Below are positions 1-8,545 of a stretch of 16,228 bases of DNA, one piece after another. The notes beneath the pieces are model-generated. The model ran no database searches. It was given only the letters and a program-made list of their open reading frames with translations, and had not been told where the DNA came from. Position 1 is the stretch's first letter. Every line of letters begins with the position of its first letter. The DNA is from Octopus sinensis (lineage: Eukaryota), in the NCBI RefSeq assembly GCF_006345805.1, contig NW_021825211.1, forward strand, positions 1 through 16,228, in the 5' to 3' direction. The translations under genes were made by a program, and so were the position numbers.

Positions 1-89
1 TCTGTATATTGCAGAAATGTTAGAAACTATTGCACTTATTCCTGACTTCAATGAAATCAGTCATCTTTTATCTTCTACCATTTTCCAGG

Positions 90-127
90 CTTCAGTCATT
101 GGACTGCAACCATACTAAGGCACCGCG
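90..127 (-). mobile_element. Short 3'-tail remnant of SINE family A (or of its partner LINE)
   Basis: ttcagtcattggactgcaaccatactaaggcaccgc is a degenerate reverse complement of the tail gcggtgatccagcatggccacagtcaaatgactgaa in the full copy at 13080-13115. Confidence 0.6.
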
Positions 128-235
128 TGGGGGGGTTGTGGTGGATGATCAAAATGTGATCGATACAATAAGTATTGGAATACAATAAGTAAATAAATAA
201 ATGAAAGCATTGGTGTCTAAGGCCCTTCAAAGGCT

Positions 236-279
236 ATCCCAGCATGGCCACAGTCTTGATGACTGAAACAAGTAAAAGT
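236..279 (+). mobile_element. Short 3'-tail remnant of SINE family A
   Basis: cccagcatggccacagtcttgatgactgaaacaagtaaaag closely matches the 3' end of the full copy at 13088-13127. Confidence 0.75.
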
Positions 280-420
280 GATCGCATCCAGGTGAGAAGT
301 AAATTCAATATTCAATGATATTTCTTGAAGCACAAGTCTGATTAAAACTATTCCATCCGTAATTATCCTGTTTTTTTACTAATGTATAGTTACAACAAAA
401 CCATCTTACCCAACATGCTC

Positions 421-500
421 CTTTTTTTTTAAACTTGAAAGGTGCGATTTGTGGGATTTGGTTGTTATTTCTAGCAAATTTAACAACCACATAAAAACCT
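421..500 (-). repeat. Degenerate dispersed-repeat fragment, related to 7940-8130
   Basis: Its reverse complement (gctagaaataacaaccaaatc...aaaaaaaag) aligns by eye with gctagaaatagaaccaaaatc...agaaaaag at about 7961-8015. Confidence 0.45.
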
Positions 501-780
501 TCTGGATGAAATACCCTGTGATATTTACTAACGTTTATTTCAGGTTTCCGGATTTAAACTGTGGCTCAGAAAATTCTTTGCCCTTCACCCATTCCAGGAT
601 CGATAAGATCAATATTTGTTATGTGCTACGATCGAAAAATCCGATTATATGATTCGTCTTCAAAAATTGTTACCTTCGAGGTTTCAATTGTTACCACCCT
701 GAAGGTAACATTTATCTACATAGGCTTTTTGCCAATTATATAACCTCACAAAATAGACGCTGTGAAATAATGACAGTGAC

Positions 781-943
781 CAATTGCAAATTTTGGCACA
801 TCGCCAGCAATATCGGGGGAGGGAGTAAGTGAATTACATTAATTCTAGTGCTCAACTGGTACTTATTCTACCAACCCGAAAGGACGAAAGGTAAAGTCGA
901 TTTCGGCTGAATTTGAACTCAGAGCATAACGACAGACGAAATA
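781..943 (-). mobile_element. tRNA-derived SINE family B, 5'-truncated copy
   Basis: Contains the reverse-complemented B box (gaatttgaactcag), body motifs shared with 3194-3400 (gtgctcaactggtacttatt...acccgaa) and the tail aaattttggcaca. The head is replaced by (AT)n. Confidence 0.85.
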
Positions 944-991
944 TATATATATATATATATACATACACACACACATATATATATAATATAA

Positions 992-1023
<32 letters not shown>

Positions 1024-1431
1024 TTATTATATAATATTATATATATACATATATATAAGAATATATATATATATATTATATATATATATATATATATACA
1101 TACACATATATATATAATATATACACATACACATAATTTAATATACATCTATCTATCTATATATGTATGTGCGTGTGTGTGTTTGTGTACACATACATAC
1201 ATATATGCATACATACATACATACATACATGCATACAAACATACAGGCATACATAAATACATGCATACATACATACATACACACATACATACATACATAC
1301 ATACGTACATACATACATACACACATACATACATACACACATACATACATACGTACATACATACATACACACATATATACATACATACATACATACATAC
1401 ATACATACATACATACATACATACATACATA
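941..1431. repeat. Compound microsatellite: degenerate (AT)n, short (TCTA)n, then (TACA)n
   Basis: Read directly. It accounts for the overlapping YI/HT/MYVC ORFs at 852-1522. Confidence 0.97.
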
Positions 1432-1635
1432 GATACACGCACTGCGATAAAGGAACAGGAGAAAAGGGGAAGGCTGAATTACACGTCATAAGATATTTCA
1501 GGTAATGTTTTAAATTAGCCACATCAAATTAATAACAAAGGAAAACTGATTTAATGATAAAGTAATGTCAACTTAGTGATGTATAGAAGACACGAAGACA
1601 TGGAACTGTACACACAGAGAATCATAAATTATGCG

Positions 1636-1643
1636 CGCGTGCG

Positions 1644-1674
<31 letters not shown>

Positions 1675-1748
1675 GTGCGCACTCACACGTACAAATATAT
1701 CTACGTGTACACATTTATGCATACAGAGAAAGAATGGGAGAAAGTGAG

Positions 1749-1779
<31 letters not shown>

Positions 1780-1925
1780 CGAAAAGAGAAATAGTATGTG
1801 TGTTCGGGCGTATGTTAAAACTATTACATACACACACACAAATGTAAGTACATACACACACAATTGTATGTATGTATGTATGTATGTATGTATGTATGTA
1901 TGTTGTATGTATGTATGTATGTATG
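1636..1925. repeat. Microsatellite cluster: (CA)n, (GA)n, (TATG)n
   Basis: Read directly: (CA)n ~1645-1668, (GA)n ~1750-1772, (TATG)n ~1865-1925. Confidence 0.92.
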
Positions 1926-1934
1926 ATGTAATAC

Positions 1935-2122
1935 AAAATGTGACAAGAACGCAAAACATCCGGACAGCTAGGTGATACAAAAATGGACAACAAAACATTC
2001 AGATAGACGATACAAAGAAAACCAAGACGGGTCATTCGAAGCCCTCTATCCTCAGTCAAGCACCAGATTATCCTCGCAATTTCGGCTGATTATTCTTGAG
2101 ATTGCTCCAATCTGGCCAGCCA
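1935..2122. repeat. Dispersed-repeat fragment of unknown class, probably retroelement-derived
   Basis: Non-simple sequence with an internal semi-tandem unit (gacaagaacgcaaaacatccggacag / gacaacaaaacattcagatagac). It resembles a repeat I recall from octopus genomes; unverified. Confidence 0.4.
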
Positions 2123-2527
2123 GATATATGTATGTATATATGTATGTTAGTATTAAGTTTGATTTCAAGAATTCTTGCCAATACAGAAAGAAACGGTTTC
2201 TAACCTAGATCCAAGGTTTCTTCATGGGAATTTCAACATCAATAACAGAGTATTTGTGCATGTTTGTGTGAAGGTGTGCAATATTTGGTGTCAGAGCATA
2301 TGTAAATTTGTAAGTTTTGTTTTATTTTATGTATTCTCAAGCATGTATTCGTATATCTAGACATGCGCATATATACTTAAGTGCTAAACTTCTGGAAGAT
2401 TTCACAGATTTTGACAGTTCCACTGATGGCTTGAATCTAATCTTTTAATTAGTGCTTCTCTTTTCTGGTTTTGTGAAGTTTGGTACTTAGGGAGTTTGTT
2501 ACATGTCCCAGGACCCCAATGTTTATA

Positions 2528-2558
2528 GGCGTGTTGACGATTCTGCTAGCTCGCGACC

Positions 2559-2560
<2 letters not shown>
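2528..2560 (-). mobile_element. 5' head remnant of SINE family B
   Basis: ggcgtgttgacgattctgctagctcgcgacctt matches ggcgtgctaacgtttctgctagctcgccacctt at 3368-3400 and has the same junction to (AAT)n. Confidence 0.8.

Positions 2561-2626
<66 letters not shown>
2561..2626. repeat. Perfect (AAT)n microsatellite
   Basis: Read directly; about 22 units. Confidence 0.98.
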
Positions 2627-3126
2627 TGGAAGTGTTATCATGTACATTGTTTTGTCTTGGTATAAAAGATGGGCTACAGCAAATATTCTGCTCAATACCA
2701 CAGATTTGCTTGTCAGTTGTTTGACCATAACCAGTTGACCATGTCCCTTAGTGGCTGACGATATGTGCATCTCTGATCACGAGCAGAAGTAGTGGGGGAG
2801 CATCATAGCTGTATGTTGAAAGGAATTCTTGGAGGTTTGGATAATTCACCTTTGGAAACATGGGTGGTTCGTTCAACATCCTTAAGCAACACTTATTCAG
2901 GAACCTTTTGAGCGTGATGAGTTACTCGAACAGAAGAAAATTCTATCTGGGCCCCACCTGCAAGGTCATGCGCTGTTTATCTTGATATGAGATCACCATG
3001 TCGCGCACATATTGTTGTGATGCATGTGCCTGGTGTACCCTTATCAGACGGGTAGTCATGATGGGTATACTGGGCTTCGTATATTTTACCCCAGTGTCAC
3101 TTTGATGGCATGTACTGCTCTCATTC
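2627..3126. mobile_element. ~500-bp repeat embedded in (TAA)n; possibly a truncated or non-autonomous R4/Dong-like non-LTR element
   Basis: Complex, more GC-rich block bounded on both sides by (AAT)n. Dong-type R4 elements are known to target TAA repeats. No RT or endonuclease ORF is visible, so the class is inferred. Confidence 0.45.
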
Positions 3127-3193
3127 AATAGTAATAATAATACTAATAATACTACTACTACTATACTAATACTAATAAAATAATAATAATAAT
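3127..3193. repeat. Degenerate (AAT/ACT)n microsatellite
   Basis: Read directly. Confidence 0.95.
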
Positions 3194-3400
3194 CCACTGT
3201 AGGCACAAGGTCTGAAATTTTGGGGTAGAGGGTAAGTCGATTACATCGGTCCCAGTGCTCAACTGGTACTTATTTTACCGACCCGAAATGATACAGGTCA
3301 AAGTTGGCTTCGGCGGAATTTGAACTCAGAACGAAGCAACGGACGAAACACTGTTAAACATTCGCCGGGCGTGCTAACGTTTCTGCTAGCTCGCCACCTT
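3194..3400 (-). mobile_element. tRNA-derived SINE family B, full-length copy
   Basis: The minus strand begins aaggtggcgagctagcagaaacgttagc (A-box-like) and has the B box gagttcaaattcc (3315-3327). It ends ccttgtgcctacagtggattattatt. Homologous copies lie at 781-943, 7154-7361 and 7362-7536. Confidence 0.9.
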
Positions 3401-3428
3401 AATAATAATAATAACAATAATAATAATA

Positions 3429-3472
<44 letters not shown>

Positions 3473-3490
3473 AATAATAATAATGATATG

Positions 3491-3527
<37 letters not shown>

Positions 3528-3533
3528 TAATAA
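3401..3533. repeat. Compound (AAT)n(GAT)n(AAT)n microsatellite
   Basis: Read directly. Confidence 0.97.
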
Positions 3534-4093
3534 TTTTGGAGGTAGAATATACTTTACTCACTAATGTTATCATCAACAGTATATTTAAAGTAACTGCGTT
3601 TACTAACTGATTATGTAACAGCATATTTTAATTAACAGCAATCTCTGTTGTCTCTTTCTCAATTTATTGTAATAAATTACAGAAGATATATAACAAACCG
3701 TGATAGACCCATAATCTAGGATTTCAAAAAAATTGTTTCGCGTTTCATTATATTTATATAATTGTTTTAAGTTGAATATAATTTAGTACTCCCGCTACGT
3801 TTCATATTTATATTCAATAATTGAATATAATATAAAACTGCAGTTTTATATTAAACAGTCAATTTCATAATTTTCATTAATTTCATATTATTATCATTCA
3901 TATTATTATATCTAACTTCATCTAGACATTTTTTTCTGTTACCACTTAATAAGTGATTGCATGTGGTTATACAAAGTGAATATTCCAGATAATACAGCTG
4001 GTTCATCTACACATAATTAATTTTCTACCTTATACTCTGAAGATAGTCACTTTGTTGTACATTCATCTTATATGATACATACAGAGCGTTCGG

Positions 4094-4479
4094 TTTACTC
4101 ATTTACTCTTTTACTTGTTTCAGTCATGTGACTGTGGCCATGCTGGAGCACCGCCTTTAGTCGAGGACTTATTCTTGTAAGCCTAGTACTTATTCTATTG
4201 AATTCTTTTGCCTAACCGCTAATGTTACGGGAACGTAAACACACCAGCATCGGTTGTCAAGCGTTGTTGGGGGACAAACACAGACATACAAACATATACA
4301 CACACATGCATATATACGACCGGCTTCTTTCAGTTTCCGTCTACCAAATCCACTCACAATGTTTTGGTCGGCCCGAGGCTATAGTAGAAGATATTTGCCC
4401 AAGGTGCCACAGATTGGGACTGAACCCGGAACCATGTGGTTGGTAAGCAAGCTACTTACTACACAGCCACTCCTACGCC
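4094..4479 (-). mobile_element. tRNA-derived SINE family A (CORE-like centre, internal microsatellite, RTE-like tail), full length
   Basis: Colinear reverse complement of 12704-13138: head ggcgtaggagtggctgtgtagtaag, B-box-like gggttcagtcc, caccttgggcaa motif, and tail ending in aaaagagta-type repeats. It has a ~14-nt deletion after ctcgac relative to the other copies. Confidence 0.93.
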
Positions 4480-4603
4480 AGGTGTTGTTGTCTGCCCAAT
4501 CACATTATATACATAAACATACATATCCACAGACACATGGGTGTATAATACAGCATCTATATATAGATACAGTATATATCTGTCCTATCGGTCTATCTCG
4601 CCT
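4477..4603. repeat. Left arm of an inverted repeat (partner 5812-5934)
   Basis: Manual alignment with the reverse complement of 5812-5934 gives about 6 substitutions and 3 small indels over ~125 bp. Confidence 0.92.
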
Positions 4604-4667
4604 GTATGTAGTATATATGTATATATGTACTTAAGCATTTAGTCATATATATATATATATATATATA

Positions 4668-4914
4668 AACAATTCATAAATAAGGGCAAACGAAAAAATT
4701 CCTAATGCCGAATATGCCGAAAAATTGGACGTATTGTCCATTAACCATATAATTTTTTCACAATACGCACGCTACTCGAAAAAAGGTCGACAGAAATTTC
4801 TAAAAAATTCCATTATTACCATATCGGACCGATTTCAGGGTTAGCTCATAAGAGCCCTCCCTTCGTCAGTGATAAATGTGGCAAAAGAAATAAATGAGAT
4901 ACTTACTCATACCC
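4668..4914 (-). mobile_element. Probable Penelope-like or retrozyme terminal-repeat fragment carrying a hammerhead ribozyme
   Basis: Complex block between (AT)n and (TATC)n that contains a minimal type I hammerhead. Such ribozymes are a hallmark of Penelope-like pseudo-LTRs and retrozymes. No RT or GIY-YIG ORF is visible. Confidence 0.5.
4822..4874 (-). ncRNA. Minimal type I hammerhead ribozyme, slightly degenerate
   Basis: Minus strand reads TATCA-CTGACGA-AGGG AG GGCTC TTAT GAGCT AA CCCT-GAAA-TCGG-TC^CGATA. The core boxes CUGANGA, GAAA and UH are present, with an extended stem II, a 4-bp stem I (plus one A.C mismatch) and a short near-palindromic stem III. Confidence 0.75.

Positions 4915-5011
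<97 letters not shown>
4915..5011. repeat. (TATC)n microsatellite
   Basis: Read directly; accounts for the YLSI ORFs. Confidence 0.98.
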
Positions 5012-5012
<1 letters not shown>

Positions 5013-5317
5013 GTCTCTCTATATATATGTATATATGTATGTATGTATTATGTATGTATGTCTTTTTCAAGTAGACGCAACCGAGATACGTTTCACGAAA
5101 CCATACTAGGAATCTCTCCAGCATTTATCACATTTGGTAAGAACTCAATTACATGTGGTTCCTGCCAATAACATTAATACAGTCGAGTTGTCTTCGTTCG
5201 CCAAACTATACCATATGGACGATTTAGCCATCTGTTTAACACAATAGCAGTGGCCAGCAAAGCCTACCCTGCTTAGAACAATAATAATGAAGAAGAGTGG
5301 AAGATGTCCACATATGT

Positions 5318-5318
5318 C

Positions 5319-5352
<34 letters not shown>

Positions 5353-5383
5353 TATAGATAGATAGATAGATAGATAGATAGAC

Positions 5384-5472
<89 letters not shown>
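5318..5472. repeat. (GATA)n microsatellite
   Basis: Read directly; opposite orientation to 4915-5011. Confidence 0.98.
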
Positions 5473-5699
5473 TGCCTGTACACACACATGTGTGCGTGGT
5501 GGTAGGGTATGTACGTGAACATGCACGTCTGTGTTAGACTGGTGAATATATAGACACAGCTATTGACATATGCACGCACGTGTAGGCACCTTGATAAGCT
5601 ATAATAGAAAAAAGAAAATGAAATAATAAAAACCCTAAAGACTAAAGCAAATCTAAAAAAAAAGCATACATATATACATACCTGAATATACATACATGT

Positions 5700-5729
5700 A
5701 ACATATATATAAAGATATATGCGTAAGTA

Positions 5730-5764
<35 letters not shown>

Positions 5765-5765
5765 A

Positions 5766-5800
<35 letters not shown>

Positions 5801-5801
5801 C
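5700..5801. repeat. (AT)n microsatellite
   Basis: Read directly. Confidence 0.95.
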
Positions 5802-5811
5802 AAACTGCGAG

Positions 5812-5934
5812 AGGCGAGATAGACAGATAGGACATATATATTGTATCTATATATAGATGCTGCTTTTATACACTCATGTGTCTGTGGATATGTATGTTTG
5901 TGTATATAATGTGACTGGGCAAACAACACCTGGC
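5812..5934. repeat. Right arm of an inverted repeat (partner 4477-4603)
   Basis: The reverse complement reads gccaggtgttgtttgcccagtcacattatatacacaaacatacatatccacagacacatgag..., about 90% identical to the left arm. Confidence 0.92.
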
Positions 5935-6029
5935 TAATGATATTAATACTTCATTATAAAAGTTATCATAACTATGGATCTGCTTTCGAGTGTAAATAAA
6001 ATCTTTTGACACGCCAAATTGATGTACAA

Positions 6030-6230
6030 CGTGTGTGTGTGTGTGTATGTGTGTGTATGTGTGTGTGTGTATGTGTGTGTGTGTGTTTATGTGTATGTGA
6101 GTATGAGTTTGTATGTGTGTGTGAGTGTGTATTCAGGTCTTTATATAAGTATAAATTCATATATGCATATATACGTGTATATATTCAATACACATATTAT
6201 GCTGTATATATATATATATATATATATATG

Positions 6231-6300
<70 letters not shown>

Positions 6301-6374
6301 GAGCATGTATGTAGTATTGTGGTATGTATGTATGTATGTATGTATGTATGTATGTATGTATGTATGTATGTATA
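6030..6374. repeat. Microsatellite cluster: (TG)n, (AT)n, (CA)n, (AT)n, (TATG)n
   Basis: Read directly. Confidence 0.95.
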
Positions 6375-6770
6375 AAACTTAGCTTTGGCTCTGCCATGCT
6401 TACCTAGTCTCCAGTAGAGAGAGACATGTTAAATGAGCTAAGAAGACATTTTCGTGAGTTGTTCAAGATGTGGATCACTAAACATTATTATGATAATTGT
6501 TCTATTACATTTCTCTGAGGTAGATAGACGTCCTGGTTCTCTCCCACTTCCCTTTCCCCATCATCTCTGGCCATCCCTTTCTATCTTTCATATTCCTTGA
6601 TGTCACCCCTGCTCTTTAACTTTTAATTACACACGCGCATATGTTGTGTGTGTGTATATGTCTGTGTGTATTATATGAATATATATACTTACACATACAT
6701 AAATATAATCATATATGCTCATATTTACATAATTATATATGCATATATGTATACATATATACACATATAA

Positions 6771-6982
6771 TATACGACGGGCTTCTTTCGGTTTCCGTCT
6801 AGCAAATCCACTCACAATGCTTTGGTTGGCCACAGGTTATAGTAAAAGACACTTGCTCAACGTGCCACGTAGTGGGACTGAACACGGAACCATGTTGTTG
6901 GTAAGCAAGCTACTTACTACACATCTACTCCTGCGTCTCCGCACTACTATTCCTGTGCCTCTACACAGCCACTCCTGCGCCT
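6771..6982 (-). mobile_element. SINE family A, head and core only, with a triplicated 22-nt 5' end
   Basis: Colinear with 4312-4479. The 3' tail is absent beyond the internal microsatellite. Three 22-nt units lie at 6917-6938, 6939-6960 and 6961-6982. Confidence 0.9.
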
Positions 6983-6989
6983 GTATATA

Positions 6990-7052
6990 TATAGATTTGC
7001 ACCCACGGTCGGGTTCACCCGGGCTCGCCCTCGCGGTTTTCGTGCACGCCGT
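6990..7052 (-). mobile_element. Possible Helitron 3' terminus (GC-rich hairpin followed by a CTRR-like end)
   Basis: GC/CpG-rich patch with the hairpin cggg-ttca-cccg (7010-7021) about 18 nt from a minus-strand CTAT (canonical is CTAG/CTRR) that abuts (AT)n. Confidence 0.3.
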
Positions 7053-7153
7053 ATTATTGAAGTTTTTCAATTTAAATATCGTGGTATAAGGTGGTCCATA
7101 ATTAACCTTTCCGTCATACCTCTTTCAAATATGTGCCAATGATATGATGTTTT

Positions 7154-7361
7154 AAGGTTGCAAGCTGGCAGAAGTATTAGCAGGCAGAGCAAAATGCTTT
7201 CATACGTCGCTCCGTTCTGAGTTCAAATTCCACCGAGGTCGACTATGCATTTCATCCTCTCGAGGTCGATAAAATAAGTATCAGTTGAGTATTGGGGTTG
7301 AAGTAATTCTCTTTTCTCCACCACCGAAATTGGTGGCCTTGTCCCAAAATTTGAAACCAAT
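7154..7361 (+). mobile_element. SINE family B, first unit of a head-to-tail dimer
   Basis: Head aaggttgcaagctggcagaagtattagc, B box gagttcaaattcc (7219-7231), tail ccttgtcccaaaatttgaaaccaat. Confidence 0.88.
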
Positions 7362-7536
7362 ATGCTTAGTAGCATTTCGCCCGTCTTTAAATTATGAGTT
7401 CAAATTCCGTTCAGGTCGATTTTGCCATTCACACTTTCAGGATCGGTACAATAAATACCAGTAGAACACCGGGGCCGATGTAATGGATTTACCCCGCCTC
7501 TGAAATTGCTGGCCTTGTGCCAAACTTTGAAACCAA
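7362..7536 (+). mobile_element. SINE family B, second unit of the dimer (5'-truncated)
   Basis: Begins atgcttagtagcatttcgcccgtc with no spacer, has the B box gagttcaaattcc, and ends ccttgtgccaaactttgaaacca. Confidence 0.88.
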
Positions 7537-7767
7537 ATATATAATGACACATAAAGATACTCTTGTATATATATATATATATATATACACACGCACATAC
7601 ACACATATATATATGAGAAGTATTGGTATCCAGAAGACCCAAGGTGGCAGGTACGTGCGCATATATATATGTATATACATACAAATATATATTATATTAC
7701 ATACATATACATGCATATATATCCATATGTACATGTGCTTATATATTTACATACGCACACACGCATA

Positions 7768-7870
7768 TACTCTTTTACTTGTTTCAGTCATTTGACTGTG
7801 GCCATGCTGGATCACCGCCTTTAGTCGAGCAAATCGACCCCAGGATTTATTCTTTGGAAGCCTGGTACCT
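7768..7870 (-). mobile_element. SINE family A 3' tail (5'-truncated copy)
   Basis: Near-exact reverse complement of 13035-13138. Confidence 0.9.
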
Positions 7871-7939
7871 TTTTCTTTTGCTATTTTCTGCAGCCTCTTC
7901 TCTCAATTCTTCCACCAACAATATGCCCCGAAGAGAGAA

Positions 7940-8130
7940 CCACTACGTAGTCACTCAATCTGCTAGAAATAGAACCAAAATCCTCCTCACATTTGACATT
8001 AACCTCTTAGAAAAAGAAATGTTCGGCTATGTGGTGCCGGCTTCCCTGCATAGAGTGGAATAGTTGGGTTGGTCATGTCTGGAAGGAATGTCTTTGCCTA
8101 TAGGACTGATTGTTCGAGAAGTGTTGACCT
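7940..8130 (+). repeat. Old degenerate dispersed-repeat fragment
   Basis: Shares the gctagaaata...caaaatc motif with 421-500 (inverted). The boundaries are approximate. Confidence 0.35.
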
Positions 8131-8159
8131 CCACCGAAAGCGGTAAACAGCAAGAGCTT

Positions 8160-8545
8160 CACATCATCATCTTCGTCGTCGTCATCGTCGTCGTTGTCGA
8201 TGTATCGTAGTCATCAGCATCGTAATCATCGTCGTCGACGTCATCATCATCATCATCATCAACAGCAACATCATTATCATCATCGTCGTCGTCGTCATCA
8301 TTGTCATCATCGTCGTCATCATCATCGTCGTCATCATCATCGTCGTCATCATCATCATCATCGTCATCATCATCATCATCATCATCATCATCGTCGTCGT
8401 CGTCGTCGTCATCGTCATCATCATCAGCATCATCGACGTCATCCTCATCGTCGTCGTCGTCGTCGTCATCATCATCATACATCATCATCATCCATCATTC
8501 ATCATACATCATCATCATCATCAATCATTCATTCATTCATTCGTT
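8160..8545. repeat. Mixed (CAT/CGT)n trinucleotide array followed by (TTCA)n
   Basis: Read directly; source of the poly-D, poly-H, poly-S and poly-M ORFs. Confidence 0.97.

Noticed and set aside
852-1522. Long overlapping ORFs, including the 192-aa ORF at 913-1491
   Set aside because: They are pure translations of (AT)n and (TACA)n, which are stop-poor in several frames. There is no domain signal.
2020-2062. Hammerhead-like CTGAGGA...GAA on the minus strand
   Set aside because: It has GAAT instead of GAAA, no convincing stem II, and no stem I pairing.
2943-3206. 87-aa minus-strand ORF as LINE coding sequence
   Set aside because: It starts in SINE/(ATT)n sequence, and I recognise no RT or endonuclease motif.
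3602-3625. Second TACTAAC with a downstream AACAG
   Set aside because: There is no polypyrimidine tract, and no plausible open exon or donor follows.
5075-5125. Second hammerhead-like motif (CTGGAGA...GAAACGTATC, minus strand)
   Set aside because: The core departs from CUGANGA, stem II is mismatched, stem III has C.A, and there is no stem I. It is at best a very decayed relic.
5145-5693. 182-aa minus-strand ORF
   Set aside because: Its length is due to (TATC)n (YLSI repeats), and the flanks have no recognisable motif.
6396-6480. Minus-strand donor AG|GTAAGC at ~6401
   Set aside because: The upstream acceptor is weak and all frames are interrupted. An isolated donor motif is expected by chance.
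8159-8491. Poly-Asp ORF resembling acidic molluscan biomineralisation proteins; GAT/GAC variation looks synonymous
   Set aside because: GAC>GAT is explained by CpG decay and slippage. All frames are open, and there is no signal peptide or non-repetitive domain.
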